DNA of 36,230 nucleotides from a virus. Its lineage: Duplodnaviria; Caudoviricetes. Position numbers and translations under genes: made by a program. The DNA lies in the IMG/VR virus record IMGVR_UViG_3300046103_003456, positions 1 through 36,230 of that record. One strand, 5' to 3'. Of the stretch, positions 8,566 through 17,072 are shown piece by piece (position 1 is the first letter of the stretch; each line of letters starts with the position of its first letter). The notes below the pieces were generated by a model. It did no database searches. It was given only the letters and a program-made list of their open reading frames with translations, and was not told the origin of the DNA.

Positions 8566-10637
8566 GTTTGTGACTGTTGGTTAATAGCCGAGCCGGGTAC
8601 ATTACCCGGAGCGGCTCCTAGCTTGCCCGTTAAGGCGTTTCTTTGCTGTTGTTGTTGAAAGGTCAGTTGGTCGGTATAGGTGGAAATCCTAGCGGCGAAT
8701 TTCTCGTCCTCCTGAAGTCTTTGCTGGACATCCTCTGCGGGGATTTCTTGGGTCCCTTGGAGGTATTGCTGGACGACCTGAAGCCGTAACTGACTGTTCG
8801 CTCCTTCAGGAATATTGACGACTTGGCCGCTGAATATTTTAGCCAAATCCTGCGAGGTCTCGATTATCTCTTTTGTGGTAGCTTCATCGGCAGGCATTAT
8901 CAACTTGCTGGCTAAATTCGGATCGATGGCATCAAGGAAGACTCGCAAGAACTGATCGTATCGCGCTTGTCCCTGTCTATCATATTGAGAGAGGATTGTT
9001 CCCACCGTCTCCAGCTTTTTCAGGACCTTCTCCTCATCGTTATTCATCGTGTTGAACGATAGATCGAAGTCATAAATTTCTGCCGTTTCATCTAAGATCA
9101 GTTGCGCGGATTGCTCGTTATTCGTAACCCGAAACCAAATTTCGGGTCCGCCATACGTTCGTTCCAGTTGCCAGATTTGACGCAAGATTTGCTTCCAACC
9201 TTCCAGCCAGTTATTGACCAAGCTTTGTCGGACAAGGTTGGCTTCAACAGCATCATCAGGTCCGGTTGGTCGGCCCGTAATTTTGTCGGCCAGGCTCCGC
9301 AGTTGCATTTCCACTTCCATGCTTCCCGGCGAATGAGGCGGTATGTCTAAATACGAAACTTCTCCCTGTCTGCGAACAGGAACCTGACTGCCCGGACCTA
9401 GCTTTTCAGGTCGCCTGCCAATAGCATACTGGATTGGTGGGACAGTTGAAAGTGATGCTCGATCTCGACGTCCGTCCAATTCTCCCTTAACCGCGATTTG
9501 GTAAGAACGGAGCAGTTCGGGGTAGCCTCTGGAGTCGAGAAGTCGGCGGCTTAGATGCTCCCTTGTTATAGCCACAAACGGGTACTGGTCGCCATACATT
9601 AGAGTTGAATATTTGGCGAATCCTTCGGCCTGTTCATTGAAGATCGTTGTCGTACAGATCGGGACGCCGTCCTCATCGATTTCTCGGCGGTACGCTGTGA
9701 CCAGCCTGACCAGCCCTTCAAACTGGGTTGGGTTATCTTGGTCCAGTGATACGTCGTAAGGCTCCAGCGGCTGTCCAGCGCTGTTAGCGATAGCTTCGTC
9801 AACCCAGTCTTCTGACCAACCGTCAGTGAGGACTTTCTCCCGTAGTTGTTCAGGGGTTAACCAGTGGATGCAGTAAATCGCTCTGGCTGATTGAAGGTCC
9901 AAAACATTGGAATCTAGGATAAGGTCCCTTCCTAGTTCATAAGCCCTCACAGCGGGACGATTCGCCACTACTTTTTCAGTAGGAATTTCAGTGACACCGT
10001 CTTTTCTAAGCTGGGTTATCATTTTTGAAATTCGACCCTTTCGTAGGTTCGGGAACACTCCTTGCAGCATCTCAGAAACAGCATCCTTCATCTCAGGGTC
10101 CTGAATGGCTTGAGCCACTTCAGGGGCTTGCTCCGCAATTTCGTTAATCGTCAGAGGCTTGTATTGCCTGCGGACTTCTCTCTTCCAATACACTCCTAGA
10201 AAAGCGATTCCTTGCTCCAGTAAGTAGTTTGCGGCTACGCCTGCTTCACGGGGTAGTTCGTCCATCGTAGACATCCTCCATCGCATAAATTCGGTTACCT
10301 GCTTTGCTGTTGCTATGTCGCCGCTCTCTACAGGAGCGGCGACTATGTTCCCTTTACTCAGGCTCGACTTGAGAAGGGCTACGTCACCCGCTATCAGCGG
10401 TTCTACGACGTTACCTTCAAGGTCGGAGGCATTCTGCCAAGGCCAAGCTGTGGCCGACTCCTTCCTGCCGTAGCGGCCTTTACCGGGCCACTCGTTCCTA
10501 CGGGTCTGGCTGGCGTCAGATGCTCGATCTATCCAGCTTCCGAGGTTACTGCGACAACGCTCAAGGTCGGCTTTTAAATGATCGATATCAGGCTCTTTCG
10601 AGTCGAAAAGTTGTTCTTGGTTTTCTTCAATATTCAT
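8562..10637 (-). CDS. Portal protein (P22-like size)
   Basis: 691 aa; WPWQNASD near the N-terminus, YPFV...SRGYPELLRSYQ, Q-rich C-terminal helix; downstream of terL. Confidence 0.8.
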   Translation of the reverse strand: MNIEENQEQLFDSKEPDIDHLKADLERCRSNLGSWIDRASDASQTRRNEWPGKGRYGRKESATAWPWQNASDLEGNVVEPLIAGDVALLKSSLSKGNIVAAPVESGDIATAKQVTEFMRWRMSTMDELPREAGVAANYLLEQGIAFLGVYWKREVRRQYKPLTINEIAEQAPEVAQAIQDPEMKDAVSEMLQGVFPNLRKGRISKMITQLRKDGVTEIPTEKVVANRPAVRAYELGRDLILDSNVLDLQSARAIYCIHWLTPEQLREKVLTDGWSEDWVDEAIANSAGQPLEPYDVSLDQDNPTQFEGLVRLVTAYRREIDEDGVPICTTTIFNEQAEGFAKYSTLMYGDQYPFVAITREHLSRRLLDSRGYPELLRSYQIAVKGELDGRRDRASLSTVPPIQYAIGRRPEKLGPGSQVPVRRQGEVSYLDIPPHSPGSMEVEMQLRSLADKITGRPTGPDDAVEANLVRQSLVNNWLEGWKQILRQIWQLERTYGGPEIWFRVTNNEQSAQLILDETAEIYDFDLSFNTMNNDEEKVLKKLETVGTILSQYDRQGQARYDQFLRVFLDAIDPNLASKLIMPADEATTKEIIETSQDLAKIFSGQVVNIPEGANSQLRLQVVQQYLQGTQEIPAEDVQQRLQEDEKFAARISTYTDQLTFQQQQQRNALTGKLGAAPGNVPGSAINQQSQT

Positions 10638-10640
10638 TGG

Positions 10641-10976
10641 TTATACGATTCTAGAGTGTTCAGGATCGATGACTTCAAGAGTCACCGGCGCTCCGGGTGG
10701 GTAGTTTAAATGGGGTCGCTTCATCGCTACTCGGATTTCACCATCAACATCGACAAGGATGAGTCTTTGGTTGGGTACGGGTCTTGCGATCCTGCCGTTT
10801 GCATAGTGAGGAAAGACTTCGTTCTTTGGCCTTTTGGACGTTCCTTGAACCAGTCGCTTGACCGTCGAAGGCGACACTCTCAACTTGGCCGAGATGGCGT
10901 TGATCGTTTCTCCGCCTTGCCGCATCTCGACAGCCTTGGCTTTGTTTTTGGCTGTGATCTTCTTCGGTCTGCTCAT
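10641..10976 (-). CDS. HTH-domain protein between terminase and portal
   Basis: AVEMRQGGETINAISAKLRVSPSTVKRLV (HTH) plus a short beta-rich C-terminus. Confidence 0.7.
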   Translation of the reverse strand: MSRPKKITAKNKAKAVEMRQGGETINAISAKLRVSPSTVKRLVQGTSKRPKNEVFPHYANGRIARPVPNQRLILVDVDGEIRVAMKRPHLNYPPGAPVTLEVIDPEHSRIV

Positions 10977-11016
10977 CGGTGTTGACTAGGCGGTGTTTTT
11001 CGTAATTGAATGAGGC

Positions 11017-11520
11017 ATGGCACTTTACGCATGCTCTGATTGCGGAACGGCAAGAAGCGACCAAGTGGGGTCTGCTTGCCCAAATTGCGGGAATGTCTTA
11101 GAGCAAAAGATTGAACGAGGGCCAAAACCACAGTTCGCTGGGTATAGTGGCTTGGCGTCGTTGAGGTTTGTACGCGCCTTCAGGTATGGGTGGATTGGAT
11201 GCTTTCTTGTTGGCGGAGTTCTGAATGGCGTTAGCAAAATGGACACCAATGTCACAGTCAGCGTGTTAGCAGAAACCACCGCAGTCTTAGCCTCTCTAGG
11301 TTGGCCCATCTGTATCACGCTTTGGGTCATAGGTCGCAGAAGGCGCAAGAAAATGACTCGAGCGTACCATGCCGCCGTGGCAGATTGGGAAACCGGAGGA
11401 ATGATAACGCAAAGTTCCCCACCAAATAGCCCGCACAATATCAGACGAGTGTTTGGCGTTGTTCGCAACGTAGACTCCGATTCTTCGGGTGGCGGTGGTG
11501 ACTTCTCCGGCATGGGGTGA
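11017..11520 (+). CDS. Accessory (moron) zinc-ribbon two-TM membrane protein
   Basis: CSDC...CPNC ribbon, two hydrophobic helices, RRRRKK stop-transfer, GGGGDFSGMG tail; opposite strand to neighbours; TTGACT at 10982 upstream. Confidence 0.75.
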   Translation: MALYACSDCGTARSDQVGSACPNCGNVLEQKIERGPKPQFAGYSGLASLRFVRAFRYGWIGCFLVGGVLNGVSKMDTNVTVSVLAETTAVLASLGWPICITLWVIGRRRRKKMTRAYHAAVADWETGGMITQSSPPNSPHNIRRVFGVVRNVDSDSSGGGGDFSGMG

Positions 11521-11527
11521 CGCTCCA

Positions 11528-13168
11528 TCAATATCCTCCAGTTCCAGTTGAGCGGAGATCGTCTTCCCCCCAGTGCTGGTAGTTGCCCACCGCAAAGTAC
11601 CTGATCGTATCCACAAAGTCTTTTGTCGGGGACTTGCTGTCGCCGTCATGTCTCCATTCCTGAAGGCAGGCTATCGTGTTTTGACAGCGATCAGAGAACA
11701 TCAAGTTCGGATGGTTTGTCAGTCCCATCGGCTTGGTTTCATCCCAAGAAAGCAGGTTGTTTATTGCTTGGACACCTTGCTCGATGTCGATGCCTGCCGC
11801 AGGGTAGATGGCGATTCCCTCTTCATTGAGGGAATCGATGATATTGGTGCTTCCATCCGCCTTTGCGAAGGAAGCCGCTCCCATTCTTGGGTCGATGATT
11901 CGCTCAACGAATTCTCGGCCCTTTTCCATCTTCTTGATTTGCTCGGAGTAATCGATGATGCCGAATCCTAACGGCTGTTGTCCGTCTCCCGGCTTACCCT
12001 TGTCGCCTCTAGTAAAATCAACCCAAGGACCATAACTCGGAACGTCTGGAAATTCGTCTACGACCCATGCTACGTTGTGAGCGTCGATACCGATCAGGTT
12101 CATGGACCAAGGTCGCGCACCAGCCGGGTCAACCACCAGGATCCATGTCGCCGGGTTTTTGTCAGGGTCGGTTAAAATCGGTATCTCATCATGCTTGCGA
12201 ATGTTCTTGTCCGTAAATTGTGGAAACGGGGTTTCGGCCTGTCTTGTCGGTACTCCATAAGCTCGGCAAAGGATTGTCGCCTTATCGGCTCCATCCAGTT
12301 GCTTCTTCATCGCCGGCCATCCGCCAAATGGATTGAACTTGGTTCCGAAGAAGACGATTACACTCGTTTTCCGAGGTGGCTGCATAACGACTGGAACTCT
12401 CTCTCCCGGCAGTAGATCGGCTTCAATGTCCTTAACCGTGACTGCTCCAGTAAAGAAGCTCTTGACCGTGGCGTTCCAACCAGTGACTGCTGTGAAGGAG
12501 ACTATCCCTCTAGCGGGTAATCCAGTGTCAGCATCTGATCGGGTCAAACAGCGATAGCGGAGTGCTTCGATTACGGGTAGGGGACAAAGCTCGTCGGCCC
12601 AGTAGCCGATGTTGTGCGTGTTGTTCAGGGCTGGTTCTGGACTGCCCAGCTCTATTCCTTCAATCGTTTCAATCGACTGGCTGTAGTTTTTGAACTGACA
12701 GACACTCCGATTAGGAAGTGTGAATTTCTGATTGGTGAAGCCGTTTTTCAGGCTCCAGCTGACATAACCGACCTTGCCTCTACCAAGCATCTTGTATTCG
12801 GGAGGTAGGTACTTCCAGATCAGAGCTTGCTGGGTGGATATGCTGGTTTGCGCGGTTTCGCTGAAGCACCAGATAATGGAAGCTGGATTATTGACCAAAC
12901 TCTCCACAACTCTCTTGGCCGCATATTCAGATTTGGATGCTCTATTGCCTCCAGCAATAAGCATCTCTCCATGTGTGCGGAGTTGTTCATCCGCCTCTTC
13001 CCAAAGTTCGCTTATCTCATAGCCATACCTATACGGATCAGCCTTCTCTCGTTCTATCGCCGCTTCTCTCTTGTTGAAGAATTCCAACAGCTTGTCCGGC
13101 CCCATGCGGAGCTGTTCCTTCGCAGTTGGCTTTTTGAGGATTGGATGTGGGGAAAATGCAAGCGGCAT
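11528..13168 (-). CDS. terL: Terminase large subunit
   Basis: Walker A GGNRASKS, Walker B YWADE, motif C SFTA, nuclease VVDPAG, IIDP, KDFVDTIRY; 546 aa. Confidence 0.9.
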   Translation of the reverse strand: MPLAFSPHPILKKPTAKEQLRMGPDKLLEFFNKREAAIEREKADPYRYGYEISELWEEADEQLRTHGEMLIAGGNRASKSEYAAKRVVESLVNNPASIIWCFSETAQTSISTQQALIWKYLPPEYKMLGRGKVGYVSWSLKNGFTNQKFTLPNRSVCQFKNYSQSIETIEGIELGSPEPALNNTHNIGYWADELCPLPVIEALRYRCLTRSDADTGLPARGIVSFTAVTGWNATVKSFFTGAVTVKDIEADLLPGERVPVVMQPPRKTSVIVFFGTKFNPFGGWPAMKKQLDGADKATILCRAYGVPTRQAETPFPQFTDKNIRKHDEIPILTDPDKNPATWILVVDPAGARPWSMNLIGIDAHNVAWVVDEFPDVPSYGPWVDFTRGDKGKPGDGQQPLGFGIIDYSEQIKKMEKGREFVERIIDPRMGAASFAKADGSTNIIDSLNEEGIAIYPAAGIDIEQGVQAINNLLSWDETKPMGLTNHPNLMFSDRCQNTIACLQEWRHDGDSKSPTKDFVDTIRYFAVGNYQHWGEDDLRSTGTGGY

Positions 13169-13264
13169 ATCCCTATATTAAAGTTCGACCATGCAAAATT
13201 CTAGTGAAAGTTTTATTTGTAGGATTTTTTCCGTTCCCTCACGTGTGCGCGCGCAACCTGATAA

Positions 13265-13399
13265 CCTGATATAACTGTTAATGGGTTATCGGGTTAACGG
13301 GTTAACGGGTTATCGGGCTAACGGGTAATTCTGAAGTAACGGAATAAACCTTATACCCCTTATGGGGTAGTAAGGTTTATCCCTTACAGTAATATCAGG
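13265..13399. repeat. Nested repeat element: tandem octamers plus hairpin inside a 14-bp inverted repeat
   Basis: Six GGGTTA(A/T)C-like octamers 13283-13330; hairpin ATAAACCTTATACCCC-TTAT-GGGGTA(G)TAAGGTTTAT 13344-13380; outer IR CCTGATATAACTGT (13265-13278) / ACAGTAATATCAGG (13386-13399), 13/14 match. Confidence 0.85.
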
Positions 13400-13523
13400 G
13401 TAAGCCTGAAATAAGCCTGTATTCAGAGATGTCCGAGTTAACGCTTAAACGGGTTATCGGGTAGACCCGTAAGAACCGACAATGCAACAATGCCATCAAC
13501 TTCGACCACAACATCCTCTCAGT

Positions 13524-13618
13524 CTATCAACCAAAGACCGATTAGCCGTTTTGATCGTCAATGAGGGCAAGACCTAGCCTAAGCGTTTAGACCGCCCAAA
13601 TCCGTCACTGGTTGATAG
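13524..13618 (+). other. Long imperfect hairpin (about 95 nt)
   Basis: CTATCAACCA/TGGTTGATAG closing stem, then GAC/GTC, GATT/AATC and a G-U-containing inner stem. Confidence 0.5.
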
Positions 13619-13693
13619 GATTGACGTTAGGGTAGGGAAGGGGCGAGATTTCAAATCAATCTTTCCCTCAACAAATCAAACAAAGGAACAAAC

Positions 13694-13885
13694 ATGAATG
13701 ACATGGAAAAGCTACAAGAGGAAATTAGCAAAGAAGGCAGTCAATTGGACGACATCTACAAAGTATTAAAACATATCCGTTGGATTCTGATGGCGGGAGT
13801 GATAACACTAATGTGCATCTTGAGCTGGATTTCGGATAAACTAGGGGGTTATAACTCATGGTCGGAGTGGTTTGGCTTTCTTTAA
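13694..13885 (+). CDS. Accessory small membrane protein
   Basis: 63 aa; AAGGA RBS; coiled N-terminus and one TM helix (WILMAGVITLMCILSWI); convergent with the terS-like gene. Confidence 0.7.
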   Translation: MNDMEKLQEEISKEGSQLDDIYKVLKHIRWILMAGVITLMCILSWISDKLGGYNSWSEWFGFL

Positions 13886-13887
13886 AA

Positions 13888-14391
13888 CTAAACCTCCTCC
13901 ACATCCGCATCCACGGCTTCCCGCTTCATCTGCTCCAGTTCGACGCGAACGTCCTCAATCGACAAAGTCTTCCTGACCTCGATTGTCTGGGTGGCTTGGC
14001 CTAGATCGGACCTCTCTTTATCGCGCAATATTCCGAAGCAGATAGGCAAAACTCCTGCCGGCATCTCGTCCTTGTGTAGCTTGTCAATGATCGTCATCAA
14101 GCAGGCTTGGCTGGCATAGCTGGTCAACCCGGCTGTCATGGTTTGAACGGCGTCGATGGAATCCTTCTCCCGCTTCATCACGGCTGTCACGGTTTCAGGC
14201 GCAATGCGATACTCCTTGGCTATCCGAGTAAGCGGCTTTCCTTCGCCCAAAGCCTGAACGACTTGGCCGTATTTAACGGGGTCCTCGGATAACTTGTTGG
14301 CGGTAAAGACGGAAGGGCAGACCTGTTCGGGATCAGTGAGAGCAGGCAAGTTGTCGGGTATAATATTTATTCTCTTCTTCTTCGTAGGCAT
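13888..14391 (-). CDS. Probable terminase small subunit (HTH)
   Basis: HTH LGEGKPLTRIAKEYRIAPETVTAVMKRE, helical middle, LGQATQTIEVR C-terminal strand; upstream of terL on the same strand. Confidence 0.6.
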   Translation of the reverse strand: MPTKKKRINIIPDNLPALTDPEQVCPSVFTANKLSEDPVKYGQVVQALGEGKPLTRIAKEYRIAPETVTAVMKREKDSIDAVQTMTAGLTSYASQACLMTIIDKLHKDEMPAGVLPICFGILRDKERSDLGQATQTIEVRKTLSIEDVRVELEQMKREAVDADVEEV

Positions 14392-14425
14392 ATGTACAAA
14401 ACTTCAATGGTTACAACAATCCAAC

Positions 14426-14510
14426 CATTACCAATTTCAACATTACCAACTTAACATTACTCCCTGTAAGAATATCCAAATTAACATTACTCCTATTAAG
14501 AATAATAAAA
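14426..14510. repeat. AT-rich short direct repeats upstream of terS
   Basis: CATTAC at 14426, 14441, 14455, 14485; 30-bp imperfect tandem TTAACATTACTCC...TAAGAATA (14451-14480, 14481-14510). Confidence 0.7.
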
Positions 14511-14644
14511 TAAAGAATACTCAAAATAAGGATGATAAATTAGAATTGGATCAAATTTGATAGTGATTGGTGCAAGTATATTAATGATTTTCGTACATTA
14601 TTCAAAACTGATTTCGATTAGACATAATCACCAAAGAGCGAAGT

Positions 14645-14785
14645 GGTAAGTCGTTGGTAAACAATGAAACGGGGTTTCCGACTGTCAGTAAAAGTCAGAT
14701 TGGACAACTTTAGAGGGGGGGGGGAGGTCGGATATTTTCCAGCTTTCAGGACCGTCGACCCATTCGGCCACACGGAATTTTTTGA
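14645..14785. other. Candidate packaging/terminus region (IHF-like box, G10 tract)
   Basis: TAAGTCGTTGGTA (1 mismatch to YAANNNNTTGATW) at 14647; ten G at 14715-14724; non-coding, upstream of terS. Confidence 0.35.
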
Positions 14786-14827
14786 TCAATCGGGAAAGGA
14801 AAAGTATCGGGACGCCTTCGGGCTGCT

Positions 14828-15880
14828 TTAGTCGTAGACTCTTTCGCCGTCCTTGTAGGTGTAGCGAGTCAATACCGTTCCGTCCTCGTTGTAGAAAACC
14901 TCAACCCCATTCCCGTCTTTTAAATTGGTTACGGGACACTTCTCGCCATTCGGTTTCCAAACTTCGGCAGACAACATGAACTTGCCGTCCTTGCAGATTG
15001 ATTCCTCCTTCTTCTGCCCGTCCTCGTACCACTTAGTCCAAAGCCCATCCAGCTCACCGTCCTTGAGGGTTGCTTCCTCCTTCATCTGCCCGTTCTCGAA
15101 CCAAGAGGTCCACAACCCGTCCAGCTCACCGTCCTTGTAGTTTCCTTCCCCCCCCTTCTGCCCGTTCTTGTACCACATAGTAGCAAGCCCGTGCTGCTTA
15201 CCGTGCTTCCAGTTTTTTTCATGCTCCTTTATCTTTAAATTTTGTTTTCGCCACTTAATATCGACGCCGTGTAATTCGCCAGCCAAGTAGTTTCTCTCTT
15301 TATAGTTCTTCAGTACTCCTTCCCTTGTTGTATAATCAATCCACAGGCCTTCCTTATTACCATCTTTGTAATTCCCCTCACTCCACTTTACATTTTTGCT
15401 TAAATAAGTTATCCAAAGCCCATCTCGATTCCCGTTCTTGTAATTTCCTTCATCCATCTTAGCTCCTTCACTTCGCCAAGTAGTATAATGACCTTCACGC
15501 ACGGAAGGACCATTAGCTCCGTTTCCGTCTGATCCATCCAGATCATTAAACGGCAAATCTCCCACTCTGACTTTCCCTTGGCCGAATCCAATGTCCCACC
15601 TTGGTATCCCATTCTCCTGCCATTGCTTAAGCCGGACGACGTAGCCATCCTTTAACTGGGCAAGAACCTCTACCTGCTCATTTTCGTATGCTCGCTTGGC
15701 GTAACCGCTGAATGGCTCTTGAGTATTTGGGAGATAGGTCAAACCGCCACGATCCTGTAGCTTCGACCAGTCAACGGCATCAGCGGTAGCATCTTCAACC
15801 ACATCGGGATCGCTTAGGTCGGGTTCCCCACACCCAACCATCAGCAGGGCGACGAACATAGCGGCAAGTAACTTCTTCAT
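14828..15880 (-). CDS. MORN2/YwqK-like repeat lipoprotein (accessory)
   Basis: MKKLLAAMFVALLMVGC lipobox; about 24-aa repeats (EGNYKDG..DGLWT.WYENGQ); near-identical DNA repeat 72 bp apart at about 15045 and 15117. Confidence 0.88.
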   Translation of the reverse strand: MKKLLAAMFVALLMVGCGEPDLSDPDVVEDATADAVDWSKLQDRGGLTYLPNTQEPFSGYAKRAYENEQVEVLAQLKDGYVVRLKQWQENGIPRWDIGFGQGKVRVGDLPFNDLDGSDGNGANGPSVREGHYTTWRSEGAKMDEGNYKNGNRDGLWITYLSKNVKWSEGNYKDGNKEGLWIDYTTREGVLKNYKERNYLAGELHGVDIKWRKQNLKIKEHEKNWKHGKQHGLATMWYKNGQKGGEGNYKDGELDGLWTSWFENGQMKEEATLKDGELDGLWTKWYEDGQKKEESICKDGKFMLSAEVWKPNGEKCPVTNLKDGNGVEVFYNEDGTVLTRYTYKDGERVYD

Positions 15881-15975
15881 ACCTCCATCCAATACCAGCG
15901 GTAGTTCAGGTCAAGCGAGGGTTTTGACCCGTTTATACGATTCCTGTAAAAAAAACTAGAGTTTCGGTTAATATA

Positions 15976-16010
15976 CTTGTGCAGGCATTTGCTTCGGCAA
16001 TGCAGACAAG
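15976..16010 (+). promoter_or_regulatory. cUUCGg-capped hairpin in the leader of the structural operon
   Basis: CTTGT..GCATTTGC-TTCG-GCAATGC..ACAAG; preceded by TAATAT (15969) and TTGACC-N17-TAAAAA (15924-15952). Confidence 0.5.
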
Positions 16011-16042
16011 AGTGCGAACTTTTCAAAGCGCAGAGTTACAAC

Positions 16043-17053
16043 ATGACCGAAAATACCCAAAACACCGAGGCTCCGGGTTCCACCACGGGAGCAGATGATA
16101 CCAACGCCAACCTCACGGTAGACGACTTGACCGCTTCTTTCGTAGAACGAGTCGAGACGGACACCACCGAGGATTCAGATTCCAACGAGGCTACTCCGAC
16201 TCACGAAGTCGAGGAAGCAGAAGCGCTGGATGAAGAGAGCGATAACGTTCTTTCACAGTCAACGTCCGAAGACCAAACCGAGTCTGCGGAGGAAGAAGAA
16301 GAGACAGCCGAAGAAGAATCCGAGGAACAGCCAAAAGCTGTTTCCAAACTTCTGAAGCAGGTCGGCAAATTAACGGCAAGGGCCAAAGGAGCCGAAGAAA
16401 CGGTAGAAGCCATGAAGGCTGAAATCGAATCTATCAAATCTTCAACTACACCGCAGGATCAGGAAACGAGGCAAGAGCCAAGCTTGGAGGAAGTGAACAG
16501 TTTCGATGAACTGAAAAAAGTTCAGCAAGAAGCAGTCTCAGCCAAGAAGTGGGCAATGAGCCATATCGGAAAAGATTTCGTAGAAACAGCAGACGGCAAG
16601 GAATACAACGGGGATGAAATCCGCCAAATCCTTTCGGCAGCTGACGAATATCTAACCGAGAAGGTTCCTCAAAGAGCCGAGTTTCTAAAGTCAAAGGCCG
16701 AGAGTGACGCAAGATCGAGGGAAGTATTCGATTTTTGGGACAGCCCAGAAAACCCGCAATACCAGCTCTACCAACAAGTGTTGGCAGACCCTCGATACGA
16801 AGCACTCAAAGCATTGCCGAATCGGGATTTCGTAATGGGCTTAATCGTAGAAGGTTTCAAATCCGTAAACGACAAAGCCTCTAAAACCACTTCCAAGAAG
16901 AAGGTTTCTCAAAAGAAACCTCCTTCGGATTTAGGGGATGGAATGGCTCCGCCCAAGGAGACTTTGGACAGCAGACAAAAGAAAGCGCGTAAAGCGGCTC
17001 TCGGCACAGGAAACGTTCGTGAAGACCAACTCGCAGCATTCTTAACCACATAA
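16043..17053 (+). CDS. Capsid scaffolding protein
   Basis: Very acidic N-terminus, coiled coil (KLLKQVGKLTARAKGAEE), basic/Pro C-terminus; directly before MCP; ATG 16043 preferred to TTG 15977. Confidence 0.8.
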   Translation: MTENTQNTEAPGSTTGADDTNANLTVDDLTASFVERVETDTTEDSDSNEATPTHEVEEAEALDEESDNVLSQSTSEDQTESAEEEEETAEEESEEQPKAVSKLLKQVGKLTARAKGAEETVEAMKAEIESIKSSTTPQDQETRQEPSLEEVNSFDELKKVQQEAVSAKKWAMSHIGKDFVETADGKEYNGDEIRQILSAADEYLTEKVPQRAEFLKSKAESDARSREVFDFWDSPENPQYQLYQQVLADPRYEALKALPNRDFVMGLIVEGFKSVNDKASKTTSKKKVSQKKPPSDLGDGMAPPKETLDSRQKKARKAALGTGNVREDQLAAFLTT

Positions 17054-17072
17054 TTTCAGGAGAAAAAACACT

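Noticed and set aside
11025-11531. 168-aa minus-strand ORF after terL
   Set aside because: Shadow of the plus-strand Zn-ribbon/TM gene, which has recognisable motifs and its own upstream signal.
13524-13618. Integron attC site
   Set aside because: Ends TATCAAC/GTTGATA do not fit RYYYAAC/GTTRRRY, it is single-copy, and the integrase is att-associated rather than IntI-like.
13283-14510. Short repeats as a CRISPR array or true telomere
   Set aside because: Units are 8-30 bp and tandem, without unique spacers; no cas genes; the GGGTTA resemblance is internal and has an 8-nt period.
14294-14560. 88-aa plus-strand ORF
   Set aside because: Overlaps terS antisense and reads through low-complexity AT-rich repeats.
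7885-15970. Site-specific invertible segment explaining the reversed packaging block
   Set aside because: No convincing inverted repeats at the boundaries and no invertase gene seen.
15977-16042. N-terminal extension of the scaffold from TTG 15977
   Set aside because: Coincides with a UUCG hairpin leader; ATG 16043 gives a typical acidic scaffold start.
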